From: Comamonadaceae bacterium
Lineage (GTDB): Bacteria > Pseudomonadota > Gammaproteobacteria > Burkholderiales > Burkholderiaceae_C
Assembly: GCA_947460165.1 (NCBI GenBank)
Contig: CANHKH010000001.1
Coordinates: 1-39,227 of the forward strand
DNA: 39,227 nucleotides
Direction of reading: 5' to 3'
How positions within the stretch are numbered: position 1 is the stretch's first letter; the number at the start of each line of letters is the position of its first letter. Shown here piece after piece: positions 32,753 to 39,227 of the stretch. The notes under the pieces are model-generated. The model was not told where the DNA came from. It was given only the letters and a program-made list of their open reading frames with translations, and ran no database searches. Both the position numbers and the translations under genes were made by a program.

Positions 32753-33964
32753 TCACCCCCGCCTGGGCATGCGCCAAGGCAGCATGGCCTGCACCACCGG
32801 CGAGACCAGCCGGGGCACGTTCAGGGTTTCGTGAAAGCTCTCCACTTCTTGGCCCAGCAGCCGGCTTTTGAGCACCGCGCGTTGGTAAAACGGTGTGTCT
32901 TCCAATTGCTGGACCATGCTCACTGGGCCTTCGCTGCGCATGCGCCTGTGGATGCGCCAGGCGGTTGGGGGCAAGTGCTGATGGTCAGGGGCCTCAAAGG
33001 GTTCTATGCGGCCGTCCTTGAAAAATCGCAGGGCCAACAGGCGTGCTTGTGGTCGGCCGGGGTCCACGTCGTAAAGCACGGCGGTGCTGCCGTCGGGCAG
33101 GGGGGTGCGTGACCAGTCCCATTCGGTGCAGGCGCCGGCCATGGGCTCGTCGCCCTCGTTGGAGTCCAGGTAGGCCTGGCCGCTCCAGCGCTGGCCCGGT
33201 TGCTGCAGGTCCACCTCAATGCGGGCGCTGGGCGCCAGCGGACCCCAGCGGTGCAGCCCGCTGGGGTGCAGCGCCGTGCTGAAGTTGAACAGCTGCTGGG
33301 GGTGGACCTTGATGGTCCCGCGAATGCGGCGGGGCAGGGGCAGGGCGACTTCGTCGATGTCTATCACCAGGGCCTGACCGTCCCAGCGCAGCTGGCTGGG
33401 GCCTATGGTGAATTGCGTTTCATCCCTGTGGCAATGGCGGGCACCGCGCTCGGTCATGGACCAGCGGCGGGCCGAGCGGCTGTACAGCGCCACATTGAGC
33501 GCGCAATGGTTGTCCGGGTTCACGGCCTGACCGCCGCGCAAGGCCCAGGCGTAATAGGGCGAAAACACGCTGCCCACAAAGGCAATGAGGGACAGGCCCC
33601 ACTGGCCGTCGTCGCTCAGCGCATCGACGTACCACCAGAGGTAGCCGCCCGAGGGGACCGCTTGGTCAAAGCGGGGCTGGCCAGCAGGGCCGCGGCCGCC
33701 TGCTGCCCCGACATGGCCGCCATGGGCACCCCCGGCCCCGGGTGCACGCTGCCCCCCGCCAGAAACAGGCCCTGCACCGGTGTGCTCGCGCCCGGTCGCT
33801 CGAAGGCCGACATCCAACCGTGGGTCGCTTGACCATACAGCGCCCCCCCCGTGGCTGGAAAGCGCTGGTGAAAGTCCCGAGGGTCGGTGCGCAGGTGCGA
33901 CTGCGGCTGCAAAGACAACTTCAGGCCGCAGCGGGCCACCATTGAAAAGCTTGTTTGCTCGCAT
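32753..33964 (-). CDS. crtC: carotenoid 1,2-hydratase (hydroxyneurosporene synthase)
   Basis: PRFD..VP.GGY.WWYVDALSDDG, IAFVGSVFSPYY, Y.DSN.GDEP, LEDTPFY.R, MLPWRMPR. The nearest in-frame ATG upstream of the core is 33964, inside crtD; start uncertain. Confidence 0.93.
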   Translation of the reverse strand: MRANKLFNGGPLRPEVVFAAAVAPAHRPSGLSPALSSHGGGAVWSSDPRLDVGLRATGREHTGAGPVSGGGQRAPGAGGAHGGHVGAAGGRGPAGQPRFDQAVPSGGYLWWYVDALSDDGQWGLSLIAFVGSVFSPYYAWALRGGQAVNPDNHCALNVALYSRSARRWSMTERGARHCHRDETQFTIGPSQLRWDGQALVIDIDEVALPLPRRIRGTIKVHPQQLFNFSTALHPSGLHRWGPLAPSARIEVDLQQPGQRWSGQAYLDSNEGDEPMAGACTEWDWSRTPLPDGSTAVLYDVDPGRPQARLLALRFFKDGRIEPFEAPDHQHLPPTAWRIHRRMRSEGPVSMVQQLEDTPFYQRAVLKSRLLGQEVESFHETLNVPRLVSPVVQAMLPWRMPRRG

Positions 33965-35154
33965 AGGTCCAGGGCTTGTGAGGTGAGGGTGGAGCCGTCG
34001 CCCACTGCCGGGGCATTGACCAGGCACAGCAGGCGCTCAGGCTGGCCCGCGGCCACGCTGGTGCCTGCCCCCCGGTCTTGGGCGCAGATGTAGACCGTGG
34101 GCCGTCTAGGCAGGCGCTGGTCCGCAAAAATATCTTTGAATTCGCTGGCGTAATCGCTGGTGAAAAACACGTTGTGCCGGTCCAGCGCCACGCCTTGGGT
34201 GGGTGTGTGCATGGACCAAGTGACGGCCGACAGCGAGCGCGGGCTGGCTTTGCGGGCTGCGGCCGCACGGGCCTGGGGGCCGAGCAAGCCCTGCCGCAAG
34301 GCCGCCACGTCGCCATTGAAGACCACGCTGTCAGCAGGCAACTCTTGGCCATTGGCCAAGCGCACGCCGCACACCTGCTGGCCGCGCACCACAATGTCTT
34401 GGCAGGCTTGGCCGTACTGGAAGACGGCGCCGCGCGCTTGCGCCAGCCGCTCAAGACATTGCGCCAGCGCATGCATGCCGCCGTGCACAGACCACACGCC
34501 ATTGAGCTCGACCTGGGCAATCAGCATCAGCGTGGCAGGCGCCTGCCAGGGCGAAGAACCACAGTAGGTCGCGTAGCGGCCAAAGAGCTGCTGCAAGCGA
34601 GGGTCTTTGAAGTGCTGCCCCAGGCTGTGCCACAGGCTGCGAAAAGGCCCCAGCTCGGTGAGCACGCCCAGGCCCCGGGCGCCCAAGCGCGAGGGCATGC
34701 CCATCAGCGTGGGGGCGGTGGAGCGGATGAAAGGGCCTTCAAGCGCCTCGTAAACGCGCTTGGCCGTGGCGCAAAAACCAGCAAATCGGTCGGCCTCGGC
34801 CGGGCTTGAGAATTCGCGCACGGCCGCAATCGACTGGGCCAGGTCGGCGTGCAGGTCCAGGCGCGAGCCGTCTTCCCAAAAATGCCGCGCCAAAATGGGC
34901 AGAGGGCTGATCTGCAGCTCGCTTTCCAGCGCCGTGCCCACCGATTCAAAAATCTGGTCAAAGACCCAGCGCATGGTGAACACCGTGGGGCCACTGTCAA
35001 TGGCAGCGCCCCCCACATGGCGTTGGTGGACTTTGCCGCCCGGGCTGAGGCCCGCTTCGACCACGGTCACATCCAGGCCTTGGTGGGCCAATTGCAGCGC
35101 ACTGACCAGCCCGCCCATGCCCGCACCCACCACCACCACGCGGTGAGTGCTCAT
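33616..35154 (-). CDS. crtD: 1-hydroxycarotenoid 3,4-desaturase
   Basis: VVGAGMGGL, IDSGPTVFTMRWVF, DPRLQQLFGRYATYCGSSP..APATLMLIA, RSLSAVTW, LAGGSVHPGPGVPMAAMSG. Confidence 0.97.
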   Translation of the reverse strand: MSTHRVVVVGAGMGGLVSALQLAHQGLDVTVVEAGLSPGGKVHQRHVGGAAIDSGPTVFTMRWVFDQIFESVGTALESELQISPLPILARHFWEDGSRLDLHADLAQSIAAVREFSSPAEADRFAGFCATAKRVYEALEGPFIRSTAPTLMGMPSRLGARGLGVLTELGPFRSLWHSLGQHFKDPRLQQLFGRYATYCGSSPWQAPATLMLIAQVELNGVWSVHGGMHALAQCLERLAQARGAVFQYGQACQDIVVRGQQVCGVRLANGQELPADSVVFNGDVAALRQGLLGPQARAAAARKASPRSLSAVTWSMHTPTQGVALDRHNVFFTSDYASEFKDIFADQRLPRRPTVYICAQDRGAGTSVAAGQPERLLCLVNAPAVGDGSTLTSQALDLCEQTSFSMVARCGLKLSLQPQSHLRTDPRDFHQRFPATGGALYGQATHGWMSAFERPGASTPVQGLFLAGGSVHPGPGVPMAAMSGQQAAAALLASPALTKRSPRAATSGGTSMR

Positions 35155-35963
35155 GGTGTCAACGAAACGCCCGGCTGCCCGGGTTGCTGCCACAGACCTT
35201 CTTGCTGCATCACGCGCATGCGCACAAACAAAGACTCTGCAAAAAAATCGTTTTTATAGGCAGCTTCCAGCGCTGTTTGGTGCGCGCCGCCGTGGGCATA
35301 GGCGAGCATGGAGGGCGTGTTTTGCCACAGGCTGAAGGTGCATTGGCGCAGCAGTGGGGCCTCGCCCAGGCCTATGGCCAGGGTGCAGCCTGGTGCATTT
35401 TCTAAATCGGTTTGGGCCGACGGTGCAAAGCGCCAAAATGCCATGGCCTTGGCCGGTCGAATGCTGGCCCGCGTGATCACGGCCAGCGGGCCTTGGCCGC
35501 TGCTGTCGAGCTTGTTCTCAAAGTCAAGGAGGCTGCGGCTGGGCGTGTTGCCCCAGAGGTGGCCGTCCCAGGCCCCACGGGCTGAATCCACACACATGAG
35601 GCCGGCCCAAAATTGGCGCGCCCGCTCCTTGTAGGCCTCGATCTGCGGTCCCTGCAAAAAAGCCTGGGCGCTGGCGGCGTCGTCAAACACCGTGATCAGT
35701 CCCTGGTGAGAGGCGCTGGGTCGTATGCTGAAACCGCCTTGGTGACCGCTGCCCATGACCTTCGCAAAGCGCAGGCCAGGCACCTGCTGCAAGCTGGCCT
35801 GACCCTGGGCCAATCGCAGCCAACCCCAGCCTTTGTGCTTGGGCAGGTACTCCACCAACAGCACCACCACCACCCCCTGAATGGTCGATGGACCGGTGTC
35901 GTTGGAGGGCATGGGGGTGACGGGCCGTTGGACCTGGGCCTGCACCAGGCCGCTCAGGTCCAA
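35151..35963 (-). CDS. crtA: spheroidene monooxygenase
   Basis: PGLRFAKVMGSG..GGF, ARG.WDG, AVITRASIRP, FWR..P, IGLGEAPLLRQCTFSLW, H..A....Y...FF.ESLFVR. Start TTG 35963 or ATG 35912. Confidence 0.93.
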   Translation of the reverse strand: MDLSGLVQAQVQRPVTPMPSNDTGPSTIQGVVVVLLVEYLPKHKGWGWLRLAQGQASLQQVPGLRFAKVMGSGHQGGFSIRPSASHQGLITVFDDAASAQAFLQGPQIEAYKERARQFWAGLMCVDSARGAWDGHLWGNTPSRSLLDFENKLDSSGQGPLAVITRASIRPAKAMAFWRFAPSAQTDLENAPGCTLAIGLGEAPLLRQCTFSLWQNTPSMLAYAHGGAHQTALEAAYKNDFFAESLFVRMRVMQQEGLWQQPGQPGVSLTP

Positions 35964-35973
35964 GGCAGCCGTT

Positions 35974-37068
35974 TTATTTTTTAGCGTTTGCAGGGAGTGC
36001 CACCGCGACTTTGGCCACGTCCGTGTCCGTCAGTGCCGCCTTGGTATCGGCCCGCTTGCGGCCAAGTTCAGGGTGGTCTTTGAGCATGGCCGCGCCGTTC
36101 AGGGGCTTGTAGGCGCCTTGGTGGCAGGTGGCGCAGTTGAGCTTGGCCACATCGCCCAGTTCACCCTTGCGGTGGGCTGGGAAGGTGGGGGTCAGGGGCT
36201 CGAGGTACTCCAGGTTCAGCTCGCGCGCCATGCGGATGCCGTGCCAGGCGGTCACGCGCTGTGGAGGGCCGCCCTCCCAGGTCGAAAAAGACCGGGAGTT
36301 GTGGCAATAGGTGCAGCTCACGCCCAGGGACTGCGACATGTGCGTCATCAGCCCATAGGTCCACTCGGCCTGCTTGGTCGATTGGCGGTTGCCGCTGGGC
36401 AAGGCCGTGGTGCCATTGACACGGATGTTTTGGGCTTCGAGCAAGAAAGGGGTGAAGGGGTCGTTGGGCAAGGAAGACAGGTTGACCACCGGGGCAGGGT
36501 GGTTTTGGCCTGCTTTGTCACCCATGAAGTTGCTGCCATAAGGCTGCTCGCCGGACTTGAACCACACAGCCTGCGGCACGGGTTGGCCGCGGTGGCAGGT
36601 GTAGCAGGTCACGCCGGTGTCGGCCACGTGGCTTTTCCAGTCGGTGTTGATGTGCTGGGTCATCTCCACCATGCGGCGGGCCACCACCTTGGTGTATTTG
36701 CCGTCGTCGGCAAAATTGGCCGCGTTGTGGCAATAGGTGCAACCCTGTTCAGGTGCGATCCAGCTGGTCATGGAGACCATCAGGCGGTTGAACTCGCCCA
36801 CGCTGAGGTCGCCCAGCACTTTGACGTTTTGGTACACCTGCCCGGCCTTGGGGCCTTCAGTCGAAGCGGCGGCTTGCGCCACAGGTGGCTGATTGAGGGC
36901 TGTTTTTTCTTCGAGCAAGCGAGGGTTGTACACCTGCGCCATGCCCGTGCCCCGAAAGCCGTGCTGCACGCTGTCAATGGGCGGGCGCTCACAGGCCGAC
37001 AGCAGCAGCAATCCCGCCAAGCCAGTCAGCTGCAGACCGCGTGCCATCCAATTAGAGAGTTGCTTCAT
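35974..37068 (-). CDS. pufC: reaction-centre-bound tetraheme cytochrome c
   Basis: Lipobox LSAC-ERPP and four CxxCH motifs (CTYCH, CYTCH, CTYCH, CATCH). Confidence 0.98.
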   Translation of the reverse strand: MKQLSNWMARGLQLTGLAGLLLLSACERPPIDSVQHGFRGTGMAQVYNPRLLEEKTALNQPPVAQAAASTEGPKAGQVYQNVKVLGDLSVGEFNRLMVSMTSWIAPEQGCTYCHNAANFADDGKYTKVVARRMVEMTQHINTDWKSHVADTGVTCYTCHRGQPVPQAVWFKSGEQPYGSNFMGDKAGQNHPAPVVNLSSLPNDPFTPFLLEAQNIRVNGTTALPSGNRQSTKQAEWTYGLMTHMSQSLGVSCTYCHNSRSFSTWEGGPPQRVTAWHGIRMARELNLEYLEPLTPTFPAHRKGELGDVAKLNCATCHQGAYKPLNGAAMLKDHPELGRKRADTKAALTDTDVAKVAVALPANAKK

Positions 37069-38045
37069 GGTTTGGCTCCTTGGCTCAGTGCGGGGTCCAT
37101 CACGGCCGGGAAGACCTCAGGGTAAGGGGGTGCGACGCCATGTTTGATGGCCCACAGGTACCAGTTGTCCACCACGGTGCCGGTCAGCAAAATGCCTATG
37201 CCGCCTGTCAGTGGGCACAGCACCGCAAACCACCAGGCCCAGCGGTGAATCGATTCCATGGTGGCATTGAAGCCCATGGTCCAGCGCCAAAAGAGGGCTG
37301 CGCGCTCCGAGGCCGTGCCACGGTCCACGATCTGCTCAATCTCGCGCTCGCCGCCAAACTGGCTGACCGCCAAGATGGTCGCGCCGTGCATGGCAAACAG
37401 CAAGGTGGCGCCGTACAAAAAGGCAATCGACAGCGCATGGAAAGGGTTGTAGAACAGGTTGCCATAGCGCAGCGAGAAAGCCGCCGTCCAGTCCAGGTGC
37501 GGGAAGATGCCAAATGGCACAGCCTCACCCCATGAGCCCATGAGCACTGGGCGAATCAGGCCCAGCACCAAGTACAGCCAAATCGCCGCCGCAAAAGCCC
37601 ATGCCACATGGGTGCCCATGCCCAACTCTCTGGCCCGCCGGTAGGTGCGCACCCACCACAGCAAGATAGAGATGGTCAGAAACAAGCCTGCAATTTGCCA
37701 CCAACCGCCTTGGTTGAGTGGCGCCAGCCCCAAGCCATTGCCCGGGGCCGGTGGCTCCAGGGCCAGCCAAAACAGTTGGCGGATGAACTGGATCGGGTCG
37801 TAGTTGACCGAGGCCAGCATGTTCATGCCAATGATGTTGAAGGCCAGCGTGCCAAAAATCAGCGAGGCCAGGCCCAAGCCGCCCAAGTAGATGGGACCGA
37901 TCTGTGCATTGCCGAGCTTGCCCAACAGGTAGGACAGGCCAGGCTTGTCGCCGGTGCGCGGGCTGTTGCCGTGGCCGAGTGGCACGCCGTGGTGCAGCGG
38001 GCCTGTGGCCTGCACCACCGTGAATAGGTTTTCGTATTGAGCCAT
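37065..38045 (-). CDS. pufM: reaction centre M subunit
   Basis: [65 protein letters not shown]. Confidence 0.99.
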   Translation of the reverse strand: MAQYENLFTVVQATGPLHHGVPLGHGNSPRTGDKPGLSYLLGKLGNAQIGPIYLGGLGLASLIFGTLAFNIIGMNMLASVNYDPIQFIRQLFWLALEPPAPGNGLGLAPLNQGGWWQIAGLFLTISILLWWVRTYRRARELGMGTHVAWAFAAAIWLYLVLGLIRPVLMGSWGEAVPFGIFPHLDWTAAFSLRYGNLFYNPFHALSIAFLYGATLLFAMHGATILAVSQFGGEREIEQIVDRGTASERAALFWRWTMGFNATMESIHRWAWWFAVLCPLTGGIGILLTGTVVDNWYLWAIKHGVAPPYPEVFPAVMDPALSQGAKP

Positions 38046-38060
38046 GTTGTTTGCTCCGTC

Positions 38061-38900
38061 TTATTTGAGAGGCCACTGCGCCCAGATAGGCATGTTCAGC
38101 CACCAGCCCCACCACTCGGGCCAACCACGGCTCCAGAAGGGGCCGCTGATCACGATGCACAGCGCACTGAAGAGCACTGCCGCCAAGGCCAGGAACAGGC
38201 CTACCCGGTGAATGCCCAGGGTGCCTACCGAGTAGCCAATGATGTCGCGGAAAAAGGTGTCTTCATGCTCGGGGGTCTTGACCACTTGGCCCGCGCCGGG
38301 GTTGGTGGCCGACAGCACCAGCGCGCCGTGCAGCGACAAGGCCAGCACGGTGGCAAAGAAAAAGCTCACCGCGATCATGTGCGCCGGGTTGTAGTGAAAG
38401 TGCAGGTACTGATAACCCACGTTGGAGACCCAGTCCAGGTGGCTGAAGATGCCATAAGGAAAGCCATGGCCCCAGGCGCCCATGAGCACAGGGCGTATCA
38501 CCACCAGCGTGACGTAGGCAAAGATGGCCACACCAAAGGCAGCAGGCACGTGGTAGCCCATGCCCAGCTTTCGGCAAATTTCCACCTCACGCATCATCCA
38601 CGACACAAAAGCGCCTATGGCGCAGACCGTGATGAACTGCCACAGGCCACCTTCCATCATGGGCGCCAGGCTCAGTCCATAGGACAAATCGGGCGGCGCG
38701 ATGTTGATCTGCCAGAGGTTCCAGGTCGGCCCCTGTGAGGCGCCCCAGAGGATCAGGGCTGTGCCCAACAGCGCGAAGAACGCGGTGGTGACACCAAAAA
38801 AGCCCACGTAAAAGGGACCCAACCAAAAATCGAACAAATCACCGCCAAGGAGGGTCCCGCCCCGGACTCGGTATTTTTTCTCAAAGCTGAGCATCGCCAT
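38061..38900 (-). CDS. pufL: reaction centre L subunit
   Basis: [58 protein letters not shown]. Confidence 0.99.
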   Translation of the reverse strand: MAMLSFEKKYRVRGGTLLGGDLFDFWLGPFYVGFFGVTTAFFALLGTALILWGASQGPTWNLWQINIAPPDLSYGLSLAPMMEGGLWQFITVCAIGAFVSWMMREVEICRKLGMGYHVPAAFGVAIFAYVTLVVIRPVLMGAWGHGFPYGIFSHLDWVSNVGYQYLHFHYNPAHMIAVSFFFATVLALSLHGALVLSATNPGAGQVVKTPEHEDTFFRDIIGYSVGTLGIHRVGLFLALAAVLFSALCIVISGPFWSRGWPEWWGWWLNMPIWAQWPLK

Positions 38901-38955
38901 GATGAAGCTCTCCTGTCAATGCGGTGTTGAACGCCGTATTCAATAAATTCGGGGT

Positions 38956-39030
38956 TCCAGCCAAGTTGCCAAGGCTGGATCCAGGGTGGGCAGGTGGTGC
39001 GCCAGCTCTCAAGCCTGGCGCACCGTCTGC
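38956..39030 (-). other. pufA-pufL intercistronic stem-loops
   Basis: GGTGCGCCAG/CTGGCGCACC (38996-39024, extendable) and TCCAGCC/GGCTGGA (38956-38979). Confidence 0.7.
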
Positions 39031-39044
39031 TCCGTGCCTGAAGC

Positions 39045-39227
39045 TCAGGACTTTGTCGCCGGGGTGGCGGCTGGCATGGGCGCGTTTTGCGCCGTTGCCG
39101 CTGACTTCTTGGGGCCGTCGAGCCAGTTGAACTTGTTGGTGCTCAGCAAGATGAGGTGAATCATCGCTGCCAGCGCAAACAGGAACACGCCCTGCACCAC
39201 CATCGCACGAAGGGGGTCGTAAAGTCG
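39045..39227 (-). CDS. pufA: LH1 alpha polypeptide (5'-truncated by window edge)
   Basis: Manual translation [60 protein letters not shown], with the A..IH..LLS....NWL antenna motif. Not in the ORF track. Confidence 0.96.
   Translation of the reverse strand, partial: RLYDPLRAMVVQGVFLFALAAMIHLILLSTNKFNWLDGPKKSAATAQNAPMPAATPATKS

Overview
GC-rich betaproteobacterial (Burkholderiales/Comamonadaceae-like, judged from gene content and order) DNA that is mostly an anoxygenic photosynthesis gene cluster (PGC). Left flank: N-terminal fragment of a DEAD-box helicase, a coupled set of small ORFs including an uncalled 7-Cys miniprotein, a DUF3422 protein, an alpha/beta-hydrolase-fold protein and a HiPIP. 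PGC: (-) ppaA/aerR-ppsR and bchG-pucC-family-bchP-orf94; (+) bchFNBHLM-lhaA-puhABC-acsF-puhE-crtI-crtB; (-) pufA(partial)-pufL-pufM-pufC-crtA-crtD-crtC. A four-gene non-photosynthetic cassette (MmgE/PrpD, Bug/TctC, IclR, atypical SDR) lies between the convergent crtB and crtC. acsF and crtA are present and bchE and pufX are not seen in the window, which fits an aerobic-type phototroph with a tetraheme reaction centre. No rRNA, tRNA, CRISPR array or transposase was seen. Most of the window is known biology. The best candidates for something undescribed are the Cys-rich miniprotein operon, the embedded cassette, an apparently leaderless PpsR-controlled bchG and the long crtD/crtC overlap. All calls come from motif recognition by eye; no searches were run.
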